Translations under genes and position numbers: made by a program
The notes under the pieces: generated by a model
The model's database searches: none
Told to the model about the DNA's origin: nothing
What the model saw: only the letters and a program-made list of their open reading frames with translations
Shown: piece by piece, positions 25,217 through 36,303 of the stretch
Layout: the number at the start of each line of letters is the position of its first letter
Position numbering within the stretch: the first letter of the stretch is position 1
DNA from: an uncultured Clostridia bacterium
GTDB lineage: Bacteria > Acidobacteriota > Aminicenantia > JBFLYD01 > JBBIMS01
Assembly (NCBI GenBank): GCA_964517525.1
Contig: CAZFCI010000307.1
Span: 1 to 36,303 of the forward strand
Length of the DNA: 36,303 nucleotides
Direction of reading: 5' to 3'

Positions 25217-27645
25217 ACAGGATAAAGATTAAAATAGATGGAAAAGAGGTAATAACTGAAAAAGGGAAGACTGTTCTTCAAGCTTCTCTAGACGCAGGAA
25301 TATACATACCAACCCTTTGCTATCATCCATATCTAAAACCCCATGGTGGTTGTAGACTTTGCATTGTCCAGATTAAAGGAATGAAGGGTTTCCCTGTTTC
25401 CTGTGCAACTCCTGCTGAGGATGGAATGGAAGTTACGACAAATTCTGATGAGATTAAAAGTCTGAGAAAGGAAACTTTGAAACTACTTTTAACAGAACAT
25501 CCCAATGCATGTTTAATATGTCCTGAGAGTAAAACATGCAAACTTTTCCAGAAATGCATAAGGAAAGCAGGAGTAACAACAGGTTGTAGATTCTGTCCAA
25601 AGGATGGGCAGTGTGAATTCCAGAAGCTTGTTGAATATATAGGGATTGAAGAAATTGGGCTTCCCTTCAACTATAGATTTCTCCCTGTTGAGGATGAAGA
25701 TCCCTTCTTTGGAAGGGATTACAATTTATGCGTCCTTTGCGAGAGATGTGTCAGGGTTTGCAACGATGTAAGGGGAGCGGGTGTTCTATCAGTTTACTTC
25801 AGAGGAAGTGAGGCAAGGATTGGAACACCCTTTGGAATATCCCACCTTGAAACCAACTGCCAGTTCTGCGGAGCTTGTGTTGATGTATGTCCAACAGGTG
25901 CTCTATACGAAAAACAGAGCAAGTGGAGCGGAGTTCCTGATAAGATTGAGGAGTCCATATGTGTTTTATGCGGAATGGGTTGTTCAATGGAATATAAGGT
26001 GAAGGATGGGAAATTTGTAAGTTCAAAACCATCAGAAAAGGGTTTTAATGAGGGGCAGGCTTGCGTTAAGGGAAGATTTTTAATCCCCTATATTGTAAAC
26101 AGCAGAAAGAGAATCCTCAATCCTTATATAAAAATTCATGGAAAACATGAAAAGGTAAATCTTGATGAAGCTCTTGAATTTACTGCAAAAAAGCTTTCTG
26201 AATTGAAAGGGAAAGACTTTTCCCTGATACTATCTCCTTATCTTTCCAATGAGGATCTCTATGTGGGTCAGAAATTTGCAAGGAAGGTTATGGGATCAAA
26301 TTCTGTCGACACAATAGCAAGTCTCTTCTTCAATCCCTTTGAGCTCATAAGAGGTAAAAGAGTAGAAGATTTGTTTAACGGGAATTATAAATCCTTTATT
26401 GTGTTAGGTGCTTCACCCCTTGAGACATCTCAGGTACTTAGAGTTTTCTTGAGAAAAAAAATAAAAGAAGGTAAAAAGGTGGCAGTTGTGAGCCCAATAA
26501 ATTCAACCCTTTCTGAAGAAGCTGATATTTTTGTGAAAATAAATCCAGGAGAAGAAGGAGAATTTATTTCAGCTATTAAAGGAGAATCCAAAAAATTCAA
26601 AGAGATAAGGGAACTTTTGAATTCCTTCAAACCATCCCTTTTAATCTATGGAAATGAAATTTTCCAGAACAATCTTGCAAAAGAGCTGATCGAGCTATCA
26701 AGCCATATTGATTTGCTTCCTGCATCCCTTCAAGGGAACACTTTTGGAACATTTATCCTCGGTTGTAACCCAGATATTTATCCAGGTCCTTTTCTCTTAG
26801 AAGAGGGGGCAAAGAAATTTTCAGATTTCTGGAATTGCAAACTCCCATATTCAAAAGGTAAAGGAATAATGGAAGTTGCAAGAAATTCTGAGAAAATTGG
26901 TGTTCTTTACATTTGTGGAGAATTCCCTTCAAACAATGTTCCAAAGGCTGAATTTTTAATATACCAGGGAATAATTCACACTCCAATTTCAGAGATAGCT
27001 GATGTAATTCTTCCAGCTACAACATTCATAGAAACAGAGGGAACATATATCAACTTTGAAGGAAGAATTCAAAAAGGGAAGAAAGTCGCAGAGCCGAGAG
27101 GGGATTCAAAGCCTGATTGGTTGTTATTCTCGGAAATTGCAAAGAGAATGGGCGAGGAAGGTTTTGACTACAATGAACCCTCGGAAATATTCAGGGAGAT
27201 TCAAACGACTGGACTGGCTAAACCTTTAGAATATGAAAATCTTGAAAAGGGTATATTCAAGATGGAATTCCCCTCTCTGGAAATTTCTCCTTCAGGGGAA
27301 AGAAAAATTTCAAAGACAGAAGGTTTCCCCTTTAAGCTTTTCTTCAAACCATTCCACTGGAGCTACAGAGATTACCTCCTTCTTAATGAGATAGCTGATT
27401 TAAGAAAAATTGTCAGACCTGATGAGATTCATATAAATCCATCTGACGCTGAAAAACTTGGAATAAAAAATGGAAATCAAATATCAATTTCAGGACATAA
27501 TGGTTTATTCAAGGGAAGAGCAATTTTAAATGAAAACATACCTGAGGGATTCATATATTCAGCCGCGGATCTATCTTTACTCCTTTCTGAATCCTCCACT
27601 TCCACTATGGATCAAATTTTAAATGTAAAAATTGAAAGGGGGTAG
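25213..27645 (+). CDS. NuoG/FdhA-like Fe-S subunit with a molybdopterin-oxidoreductase fold (BfuA)
   Basis: IPTLC..CRLC [2Fe-2S], HxxxCxxC, two ferredoxin motifs, CVLCGMGC..C, ADVILPA, EGTYINFEGRIQ. No H-cluster motifs seen. Confidence 0.85.
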   Translation: MNRIKIKIDGKEVITEKGKTVLQASLDAGIYIPTLCYHPYLKPHGGCRLCIVQIKGMKGFPVSCATPAEDGMEVTTNSDEIKSLRKETLKLLLTEHPNACLICPESKTCKLFQKCIRKAGVTTGCRFCPKDGQCEFQKLVEYIGIEEIGLPFNYRFLPVEDEDPFFGRDYNLCVLCERCVRVCNDVRGAGVLSVYFRGSEARIGTPFGISHLETNCQFCGACVDVCPTGALYEKQSKWSGVPDKIEESICVLCGMGCSMEYKVKDGKFVSSKPSEKGFNEGQACVKGRFLIPYIVNSRKRILNPYIKIHGKHEKVNLDEALEFTAKKLSELKGKDFSLILSPYLSNEDLYVGQKFARKVMGSNSVDTIASLFFNPFELIRGKRVEDLFNGNYKSFIVLGASPLETSQVLRVFLRKKIKEGKKVAVVSPINSTLSEEADIFVKINPGEEGEFISAIKGESKKFKEIRELLNSFKPSLLIYGNEIFQNNLAKELIELSSHIDLLPASLQGNTFGTFILGCNPDIYPGPFLLEEGAKKFSDFWNCKLPYSKGKGIMEVARNSEKIGVLYICGEFPSNNVPKAEFLIYQGIIHTPISEIADVILPATTFIETEGTYINFEGRIQKGKKVAEPRGDSKPDWLLFSEIAKRMGEEGFDYNEPSEIFREIQTTGLAKPLEYENLEKGIFKMEFPSLEISPSGERKISKTEGFPFKLFFKPFHWSYRDYLLLNEIADLRKIVRPDEIHINPSDAEKLGIKNGNQISISGHNGLFKGRAILNENIPEGFIYSAADLSLLLSESSTSTMDQILNVKIERG

Positions 27646-27647
27646 AA

Positions 27648-28478
27648 GTGTATAAAGTAATTGAAAAAAGAATGATAGTTCCAAACATTCATATGATGAG
27701 GGTCTCAGCCCCTGCAATTGCAAAAAAATGCCTCCCAGGTCAATTTGTAATAGTTATGGTTGATGAGAAAGGGGAAAGGATTCCCCTTTCTATATCAGAC
27801 TGGGATAGAGATGAGGGAATTATAACAATTGTTTTTATGGAAGTTGGGACATCAACGAGAAAATTGGCAAAACTTAAAGAAGGGGATGAACTTTTTGCTC
27901 TTGCAGGTCCCCTTGGCTCACCATCAGAAATCTCAAAATTCGGAACAGTTCTATGCATAGGTGGTTGCTATGGAATTGGAACAATTTATCCAATTTGTAG
28001 GGCATTAAAGGAAGAAGGGAATAAGGTTATAACCCTTCTTGAGGCAAGGAGTTCATTCCTTCTCTACTGGGAGGAGAAGCTTAGAGCAGTCAGCGATGAG
28101 CTCCTACTTCTTACAAGGGATGGAACATCAGGAATTAGTGGTCATGTTCCCACTGCAATAAAGGAGATTGTCCAAAGAGAAAAAATAGACAGGGTAATTG
28201 TTAACGGATGCACCTTTCTTCTAATGGTTGGCTCTGAAGCTACAAAGCCCTTTGGAATAAAGACCATTGTAAGTTTGAATCCAATAATGATAGATGGAAC
28301 TGGTATGTGCGGGGTTTGCAGAGTTTCAATATCAGGGAAAACAAAATTTGCCTGTGTCGATGGCCCTGATTTTGATGGACATGAGGTTGACTGGGAAACC
28401 CTTCTTATGAGAAGGTCAGCCTACCTGAAAGAAGAATTTGAGTCCATAAGGTATTTGCAGTGTGAAGAGATTTTTTGA
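27648..28478 (+). CDS. nfnA: NfnA/NfnS small subunit (PyrK-like FAD/NAD and [2Fe-2S])
   Basis: PGQFVIV, GERIPLSI, GPLG, SLNPIMIDGTGMCGVCRV, FACVDGPDFDGH; GTG start. Confidence 0.88.
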   Translation: MYKVIEKRMIVPNIHMMRVSAPAIAKKCLPGQFVIVMVDEKGERIPLSISDWDRDEGIITIVFMEVGTSTRKLAKLKEGDELFALAGPLGSPSEISKFGTVLCIGGCYGIGTIYPICRALKEEGNKVITLLEARSSFLLYWEEKLRAVSDELLLLTRDGTSGISGHVPTAIKEIVQREKIDRVIVNGCTFLLMVGSEATKPFGIKTIVSLNPIMIDGTGMCGVCRVSISGKTKFACVDGPDFDGHEVDWETLLMRRSAYLKEEFESIRYLQCEEIF

Positions 28479-29984
<1,506 letters not shown>

Positions 29985-29986
29985 AA

Positions 29987-31285
29987 ATGAAATGGTTTGA
30001 TGATTATAAGAAAAAGCTATGCAGTGCAGAAGAGGCTGTTTCCCTCGTAAAAAGTAATTCAAGGGTTTATCTCGGAGGAAATGCAGCAGCTCCTTTTCAT
30101 CTAATGAGAGCTTTAGCAAAAAGGAAAGATGAACTAAGGAATGTTGAGCTTCTCCATGTTCTTTTAATGGGTGAGGATCCCTTTTCAGGTCCTGAGATGG
30201 AGGGGCATTTCAAGCATAACTCACTTTTTGTAGGTCCAGCCGATAGAAAAGCTGTTAATGAAGGAAAATCAGAATATATACCTATTCACCTCCACATGAT
30301 ACCGAGACTTCTTAGATCACCGCTGGCAAAACCGGATGTTGCAATTGTTCAGGTCTCCCCTCCTGATATTCACGGTTTTATGAGTTTAGGGGTTGAGGTT
30401 CTTGCATCAAAGGCTGCTGTTGAATCAGCAGATATTGTTATAGCTCAGGTTAATGAGTTAATGCCAAGGACATTGGGAGATAGTTTTGTTCATGTTTCAA
30501 GATGCACTAAAATTGTTGAGCATACAGAGGACCTTCCAATCCTGAACAAAGAACCCTTCACTGAGGTTGAAGCAAAAATTGGAAAGCACATTGCAGATCT
30601 GATAGAGGATGGCTCCACTTTGCAGTTGGGAATTGGAGGAATTCCTGATGCAGTCCTCTTCTTTTTAAAGGACAAAAAAGATCTCGGTATTCACACAGAG
30701 ATGGTCTCCGATGGAGTTATGGAAGCTATTGAGCAGGGAATAATAACTTGCAGGAAGAAAACCCTTCATCCAGGAAAGGTTATAGCAACATTTATCCTTG
30801 GAACAAAGAAACTTTACACTTATGTTGACAACAACCCTCTATTTGAACTTCACCCTGTTGACTACACAAATCATCCTTTTGTTGTTTCAGAGAATGAAAA
30901 AATGATTGCAATAAATTCGGCAATTGAGGTTGATCTTACAGGTCAGGTTTGCTCTGACTCAATGGGAACCTATATATACAGTGGATTTGGTGGGCAGGTT
31001 GACTTTATAAGGGGGGCTGCCCATGCAAAGGATGGGAAGCCAATAATTGCTCTTCCTTCAACGGCGAAAGGAGGAACAATTTCAAGAATAGCTCCTGTTC
31101 TCAAGACAGGAGCAGGTGTTGTCACTTCGAGAGCTGATGTCCATTATGTAGTGACTGAATTTGGGGTAGCATATCTTTTCGGTAAAAATTTAAAGGAAAG
31201 GGCAGAAGCCCTTATAAACATTGCCCATCCTGATTTCAGGGATGATCTGATAAAGGAGGCAAAGGCAAGAAAACTTATAAAGTAA
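29987..31285 (+). CDS. Acetyl-CoA hydrolase/transferase family (4-hydroxybutyrate CoA-transferase-like)
   Basis: LQLGIGGIPDAV, GIHTEM, GFGGQVDFIRGA, VVTEFGVA, IAHPDFR. Confidence 0.9.
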   Translation: MKWFDDYKKKLCSAEEAVSLVKSNSRVYLGGNAAAPFHLMRALAKRKDELRNVELLHVLLMGEDPFSGPEMEGHFKHNSLFVGPADRKAVNEGKSEYIPIHLHMIPRLLRSPLAKPDVAIVQVSPPDIHGFMSLGVEVLASKAAVESADIVIAQVNELMPRTLGDSFVHVSRCTKIVEHTEDLPILNKEPFTEVEAKIGKHIADLIEDGSTLQLGIGGIPDAVLFFLKDKKDLGIHTEMVSDGVMEAIEQGIITCRKKTLHPGKVIATFILGTKKLYTYVDNNPLFELHPVDYTNHPFVVSENEKMIAINSAIEVDLTGQVCSDSMGTYIYSGFGGQVDFIRGAAHAKDGKPIIALPSTAKGGTISRIAPVLKTGAGVVTSRADVHYVVTEFGVAYLFGKNLKERAEALINIAHPDFRDDLIKEAKARKLIK

Positions 31286-31330
31286 TGAAAATCATAACTC
31301 ACATTTGTTTAGATAATTAATGGAAGAGAT

Positions 31331-31957
31331 ATGGGAAGAATAGGAACTGATGAATCAGGTAAAGGGGATTATTTTGGTCCCCTTGTTGTTGCGGGTGTTT
31401 ATATAGATGAAACAGATGAAGGTTATATTAAAGATCTTGGAGTTAAGGACTCAAAAAGACTTTCTGATAACAGAGTGAAAGAACTTGCGAAAGCAATAAA
31501 AAAGGAGTTTACTTATTCGGTTGTTACAATTTACCCTGCCAAGTATAATGAGCTATGGAGGAAATTTAAGAATCTAAACAAAATTCTTGCCTGGGGGCAT
31601 GCAAGGGTAATTGAGAATATTCTCCACAAAGTTGTATGTTCCAGAGCTATAGCAGACAAATTCGGGAATGAAAAATTTATAAGGGAAGCTTTAATGAAAA
31701 AAGGGAAAAAGATACACTTGGAGCAGAGAGAGAGGGGGGAGGAAGATCTTGCAGTTGCTTGTGCTTCAATACTTGCAAGAGCTGGTTTTCTTGAGGGGCT
31801 TGAGAAAATTTCAAAAACTTATAACATAAATTTAATCAAAGGCTCATCGGAGGAAGTGGTTAAACTGGCAAAGAAAATTATCACTGAATACCCTTCAATT
31901 CCTCTTACAGAGATCGCAAAGGAACATTTCATTATAACTAAAAAAATAAGGGCCTAG
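31331..31957 (+). CDS. rnhC: Ribonuclease HIII, catalytic domain only
   Basis: IGTDESGKGDYFGPLVVAG, GVKDSKRL, NLNKILAWGH, DKF, AVACASILAR. Confidence 0.85.
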   Translation: MGRIGTDESGKGDYFGPLVVAGVYIDETDEGYIKDLGVKDSKRLSDNRVKELAKAIKKEFTYSVVTIYPAKYNELWRKFKNLNKILAWGHARVIENILHKVVCSRAIADKFGNEKFIREALMKKGKKIHLEQRERGEEDLAVACASILARAGFLEGLEKISKTYNINLIKGSSEEVVKLAKKIITEYPSIPLTEIAKEHFIITKKIRA

Positions 31958-31965
31958 TCTCCTCT

Positions 31966-34062
31966 CTACAAAAGCCCTCTTTTCTTAAGGAGTGGTTCTA
32001 CCTTAGGTTCTCTTCCTCTAAATTTCTTGTAAAGAATCATAGGGTCTTCTGAACCACCTTTTTCAAGGATGTTTTTCCTGAAAGATAAAGCAGTTTGAGA
32101 ATCAAAAATTCCCTTCTCTTTGAATGCTTCGAAGGCATCTGCATCGAGGACCTCAGACCATATATAACTGTAATATCCAGCTGAATACCCACCCGAAAAT
32201 ATGTGCTGGAAATTTGTGCTCCTATATCGAACAACAATTTCAGGAATCATTCCAATCCTCTTCATGGATTCCTCTTCAAATTTTATGGGATCAAGCTCCT
32301 TTGCATCCTCAAGTATATGGTAATCCATGTCGAGAAATGAAGCTGCAAGGTATTCAACAGTTGCAAAACCTTGATTGAATTTCCTCGAGTTTTTAAGCTT
32401 CTCAATAAGTTCGGATGGGATTGCCTCTCCTGTCTGATAGTGCTTTGCATAGACCTTTAAAACTTCAGGCTCTAAAGCCCAGTTCTCCATAATCTGAGAT
32501 GGAAGTTCAACAAAATCTCTTGGAACAGCTGTCCCTGAGAGGGTTGGGTATTTGCATTTTGAAAGGAGTCCGTGAAGAGCATGACCGAATTCATGGAATA
32601 AAGTCTCCACCTCTTCTATGCTAAGAAGCGCTGGTTTATCCGATGAAGGTTTTGTAAAATTACCCACATTTACGATTACTGGATGAACCATTTTTCCATC
32701 GAGCATTGATTGTTTTCTGAAACTAGTCATCCATGCACCACTCCTCTTGCTCTCCCTTGGAAAATAGTCAACATAAAATATTCCAATGTGGGAACCATCA
32801 GCCTCTTTAACCTCAAATACCTTTACATCCGGATGATATTTTGGGATGTCTTTTCTTTCCTCGAATTTTATTCCATAAAGTTTGTTTGCAACATAAAAAG
32901 CACCTTCAATGCAATTTTCAAGTTTAAAATAAGGTCTTAACATTTCCTCATCGATAGCATATTTTTCCTTTCTAACTTTTTCAGCATAATACCACCAATC
33001 CCAAGGCTCCAGTTTAAAATTATTCCCTTCCTTATAAATCATATCCTGAAGCTCCTTAGCCTCTTTTTTTGCAACCTTCAGTGCTGGCTCCCAGATCTTT
33101 TTTAGAAGCTCGTAAACCTTTCCAGGAGTTTTTGCCATATTTTCCTCAAGGATTAAATGGGCATGGGTTTTGTAGCCGAGGAGCTTAGCCTTTTCAATTC
33201 TAAGAGCTATTATCCGAGATATTATCTTTTTATTATCTAGCTCATCATCATTGTTTCCTCTATTTATGTATGCCTTAAAAATCTTCTCCCTTAGCTCTCT
33301 TTTTGATGAGAACTGAAGGAATGGAATCAAACTTGGTTTTTTGAGGGTGAAAACCCATTTCCCCTCATGGTTTCTTTCCTTAGCTGTCTCAGCAGCCGAT
33401 TGGATTACTGAAGGTGGAAGCCCTTCAAGATCTTCTTTATTTTCTATAACAAGTTCAAATTTGTTCTCTTCCTTTAAAACATTTTCTCCAAATCTGACAG
33501 AGAGGAGAGAGAGCTCCTGGTTTATCTCCATCAGACGAGCCTTCTTTTTATCATCAAGATTTGCTCCACCTCTTACAAAATCTTTGTAATATTCCTCGAC
33601 GAGCTTCTTCTGTTCCTGATTCAAATTGAGTTTTTCACGGTTTTCATAAACTACCTTAACTCTCTTGAAAAGTTCAGGATTCATTCTTATCTCATCCCTA
33701 TGTCTTGCGAGCATTGGGGCTACTTCTTTAGCAATTTTCTGCATATTATCATTTGTCATGCATCCGTTTAGAACATAGAAGAGATCCACTACTCTCTGGA
33801 GGAGAGAGCCGCTTTTTTCGATGGCTTCAATTGTATTTTCAAAGGTTGGAGGCTCAGTATTTTTAGCAATTGATTCAATCTCCTTTTTCTCAATCTCAAT
33901 TCCAGCTTTTATAGCAGGAAGAAAGTGCTCTTCCTTTATCTGGTTAAAGGGTGGAACACCATAAGGAGTGTTAAATTCCTTTAAAAGGGGATTTTCACTT
34001 TCCTGAGATAGAGCAAATGGAATTAGCAAAAAGATTAAAAATAATGGAATATAAATTCTCAT
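31966..34062 (-). CDS. M3A metallopeptidase (peptidyl-dipeptidase Dcp-like), exported
   Basis: Signal peptide, NPLL, PWDWWYY, KRSGAWM, FHEFGHALH, DFVELPSQ, GYSAGYYSYIWSEVLDAD. Confidence 0.94.
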   Translation of the reverse strand: MRIYIPLFLIFLLIPFALSQESENPLLKEFNTPYGVPPFNQIKEEHFLPAIKAGIEIEKKEIESIAKNTEPPTFENTIEAIEKSGSLLQRVVDLFYVLNGCMTNDNMQKIAKEVAPMLARHRDEIRMNPELFKRVKVVYENREKLNLNQEQKKLVEEYYKDFVRGGANLDDKKKARLMEINQELSLLSVRFGENVLKEENKFELVIENKEDLEGLPPSVIQSAAETAKERNHEGKWVFTLKKPSLIPFLQFSSKRELREKIFKAYINRGNNDDELDNKKIISRIIALRIEKAKLLGYKTHAHLILEENMAKTPGKVYELLKKIWEPALKVAKKEAKELQDMIYKEGNNFKLEPWDWWYYAEKVRKEKYAIDEEMLRPYFKLENCIEGAFYVANKLYGIKFEERKDIPKYHPDVKVFEVKEADGSHIGIFYVDYFPRESKRSGAWMTSFRKQSMLDGKMVHPVIVNVGNFTKPSSDKPALLSIEEVETLFHEFGHALHGLLSKCKYPTLSGTAVPRDFVELPSQIMENWALEPEVLKVYAKHYQTGEAIPSELIEKLKNSRKFNQGFATVEYLAASFLDMDYHILEDAKELDPIKFEEESMKRIGMIPEIVVRYRSTNFQHIFSGGYSAGYYSYIWSEVLDADAFEAFKEKGIFDSQTALSFRKNILEKGGSEDPMILYKKFRGREPKVEPLLKKRGLL

Positions 34063-34151
34063 TATAAAAACCTCCTCAAAGCAAAATTTAAAAAAAATTA
34101 TACTATATTTTTAAAAAAACAAGAAAATAATTTAATAATTTTATGGTTTCC

Positions 34152-34180
34152 TTGAGAAGAATTGAGATTTTTGATATATT
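34152..34180 (+). promoter_or_regulatory. Possible sigma70-like promoter
   Basis: TTGAGA (34152-34157)-17 nt-TATATT (34175-34180) with an extended TG; ATG at 34189 with no SD. Confidence 0.45.
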
Positions 34181-34188
34181 GAAAATTT

Positions 34189-34740
34189 ATGAGTATTATA
34201 ATGGTTCCAAAAAAGATTTTCTTAACAAAGGGAATGGGAAGGCATAAAGAGAAGCTCGCTTCCTTTGAGCAGGCTTTGAGGGCAGCTGGAATAGCTCCAT
34301 TCAATCTTGTAAAAACCTCTTCCATATTTCCTCCTGGATGCGAGCTGATTTCTAAAGAAGAAGGTCTGAAGCTTTTAAAACCAGGGCAGATTGTTTTCTG
34401 TGTCATGAGTGAGAATTCTACTGATGAACCTCACAGATTGATCTCTGCTTCTATAGGTCTTGCAATTCCAAAGGATAAGAATACCTATGGTTATCTATCA
34501 GAGCATCACAGTTTTGGTGAAAAGGAGGAGGATGTAGGGGATTATGCAGAAGACTTAGCAGCTTCAATGCTTGCAACGACTCTTGGACTTGAATTTGATC
34601 CTGAGCAGAGCTGGGATGAAAGAAGAGGACTTTTCAAAATCTCTGGCAAAATTGTTAGAACAAAAAACATTACCCAGACTGCTATGGGAAAGAAAGGTTA
34701 CTGGACAACAGTTATTGCCACAGCAATATTCATTACTTAA
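34189..34740 (+). CDS. pdaD: Pyruvoyl-dependent arginine decarboxylase
   Basis: [35 protein letters not shown] (Ser-Ser self-cleavage site), YGYLSEHH. The start could be 34201. Confidence 0.9.
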   Translation: MSIIMVPKKIFLTKGMGRHKEKLASFEQALRAAGIAPFNLVKTSSIFPPGCELISKEEGLKLLKPGQIVFCVMSENSTDEPHRLISASIGLAIPKDKNTYGYLSEHHSFGEKEEDVGDYAEDLAASMLATTLGLEFDPEQSWDERRGLFKISGKIVRTKNITQTAMGKKGYWTTVIATAIFIT

Positions 34741-34779
34741 ATCTTGGGAAATTAGCGGATAACAAAAGGAAGATAAAGA

Positions 34780-35526
34780 ATGGAAATAATGACAGATTTC
34801 CAGAAAAAATTGATGGATAAGAAGAAATCTTCAATCAAAAAATATATGGAGATATTTGTTGGAGAGAAAGGATTTTTTTATTTCTTAAAATTTGAGCTAA
34901 TAACAACCTTTTTTGGTGGACTTGGTGGCTCTTTAGGTCTTTTTTTAAGGAAAATTTTTTATCCTCTTATATTCAAAAAAGTTGGAAAAAATTGCGTTTT
35001 CGGAAAGAATATTACTCTGCGTCAGCCCCATAAAATAGTTATTGGAGACAATTGTATAATAGATGATTTCTGTGTTCTTGACGGGAAGAGTCATCATGAT
35101 GTTAGTATATTAATTGGAAACAATGTTTTTTTGAGTAGAAATTGTGTCCTTTCCTGCCATTTTGAAAAGATAGAGATAGGGGATAACTGTGACATTGGTC
35201 CCAACAATTTGTTCCAAGCTGGAGGACCTATTAAAGTTGGAGACAATGTTATCACTTCTGCTTATTGCTATTTTGTCGCATCAACAAGAAAAATTGAAAG
35301 GATTGATATCCCCATTATTGCGCAGGGAACAATTTCAAAGGGAATTGAAATAGAGGATAACTGCTATCTGGGAGCCTTTGTGATGGTAAATGACGGTGTC
35401 AAAATAGGAAGAGACACTGTTATTGGAGCTGGTTCTATTGTTTTAAAGGATATCCCTGAATTTACTGTTGCCTTTGGAACACCCGCAAAAGTTGTCCGTT
35501 CAAGGATTGAAGGCGAAAAGAATTGA
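34780..35526 (+). CDS. Hexapeptide-repeat (left-handed beta-helix) acyltransferase
   Basis: Repeated IGDN/IGNN hexapeptides; C-terminal IGAGSIVLKDIP..AFGTPAKV. Confidence 0.88.
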   Translation: MEIMTDFQKKLMDKKKSSIKKYMEIFVGEKGFFYFLKFELITTFFGGLGGSLGLFLRKIFYPLIFKKVGKNCVFGKNITLRQPHKIVIGDNCIIDDFCVLDGKSHHDVSILIGNNVFLSRNCVLSCHFEKIEIGDNCDIGPNNLFQAGGPIKVGDNVITSAYCYFVASTRKIERIDIPIIAQGTISKGIEIEDNCYLGAFVMVNDGVKIGRDTVIGAGSIVLKDIPEFTVAFGTPAKVVRSRIEGEKN

Positions 35527-36303
35527 AAAGATTCCTTCATATTCTTATAAGATTTATAATAAGTGCCTCTCTGATAATTTTTGTTTTTTCTAAGAGCGAC
35601 CTCAAGAATGTTTTAAATTGTCTAAGGGAAGCAAATATTCCTCTTCTCATCTTCTCACTCTTCCTTCATTTTGTGGGTGTCCTCCTTGGAAGTAGCAGGT
35701 GGAGGGTTCTTCTTGAATCATATGGAATAAATGTACCCCACAAAGATTTATACAGACTTTATATGATAGGCTCTTTTTTCAATACATTTCTTCCCACATC
35801 AGTTGGAGGAGACGCTATCAGAATGTATAAGGTTTCAGCCCTCACAGATAAAAGGGCTCAGGCTGTCACTTCAGTTCTTATAGAAAGATTTATAGGAATG
35901 CTAATTCTTTACATAATTTCCTTTTTTTCCTTTATTTTCTATTTTGGCTTTAAAAAGGAGAAAGAATTATTTCTCGCAATTGTTATTCTCCTTTTTGCTT
36001 CCATTGGATTTATAATTTTCCTTTTCAGTACCCTCTCAGAGAAAATTATAAAAATTGTTCCTTCTTCACTCCTTAAAGAGAAACTTGACAAAATTCATTA
36101 CTCCTTAAAATATCCTGTTAAGGATCCAAAAAATCTTTTTAAAGTTTTCACCTATACAACCCTTCTCCAGATTAATGTGGTAATTTATTTTTTTATAATC
36201 TCCATTGCAATCAAAATGAAACTATCTATTATCTATTTCTTCATTCTTATTCCGATAATTCTTACGGTAACAATGCTACCCATAACAATTGGAGGAATAG
36301 GAT
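35523..36303 (+). CDS. Lysylphosphatidylglycerol-synthase TM/flippase-like (UPF0104) membrane protein, partial
   Basis: Hand translation from TTG 35523 (overlapping the previous TGA): LKRFLHILIRFIISASL...SRWRVLL...YMIGSFFNTFLPTSVGGDAIR...LPITIGGIG. Runs off the end of the window. Confidence 0.85.
   Translation, partial: MKRFLHILIRFIISASLIIFVFSKSDLKNVLNCLREANIPLLIFSLFLHFVGVLLGSSRWRVLLESYGINVPHKDLYRLYMIGSFFNTFLPTSVGGDAIRMYKVSALTDKRAQAVTSVLIERFIGMLILYIISFFSFIFYFGFKKEKELFLAIVILLFASIGFIIFLFSTLSEKIIKIVPSSLLKEKLDKIHYSLKYPVKDPKNLFKVFTYTTLLQINVVIYFFIISIAIKMKLSIIYFFILIPIILTVTMLPITIGGIG

Noticed and set aside
25213-27645. Formate dehydrogenase or [FeFe]-hydrogenase call, including a selenocysteine read-through
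   Set aside because: No Cys/Sec-His active-site motif, no in-frame TGA and no H-cluster motifs.

Overview
AT-rich bacterial DNA, apparently from an anaerobic diderm (it encodes a secretin and an outer-membrane porin-cytochrome pair); the taxon cannot be fixed from sequence alone. The first 3.4 kb is accessory. A DDE/integrase-type IS (1-1365) and an IS110 element (1772-3390) have both landed in a small minus-strand locus of secreted CX6C peptides. The rest looks like host genes: a P2-type ATPase, an MSHA/type IV pilus-like assembly cluster with no pilins, a GT2 synthase, a penicillin-acylase-family hydrolase, a decaheme cytochrome plus porin pair, a HydCBA/NuoEFG-like (Bfu) trio followed by NfnAB and a CoA-transferase, RNase HIII, an M3 peptidase, pyruvoyl arginine decarboxylase, an acyltransferase and a partial flippase-like gene. 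The most striking object is the IS110 element. Its ends, circle-junction promoter and bridge RNA can be reconstructed by eye. Its target guides read as Shine-Dalgarno plus start codon, and it sits inside a host ribosome-binding site. It also carries a 529-codon antisense ORF spanning almost the whole element, starting behind the displaced host SD and stopping just before a regenerated SD and the host ATG. I infer, but cannot prove here, that this is a way of making insertions into translation-initiation regions non-polar. All RNA structures were paired by eye and no searches were run.
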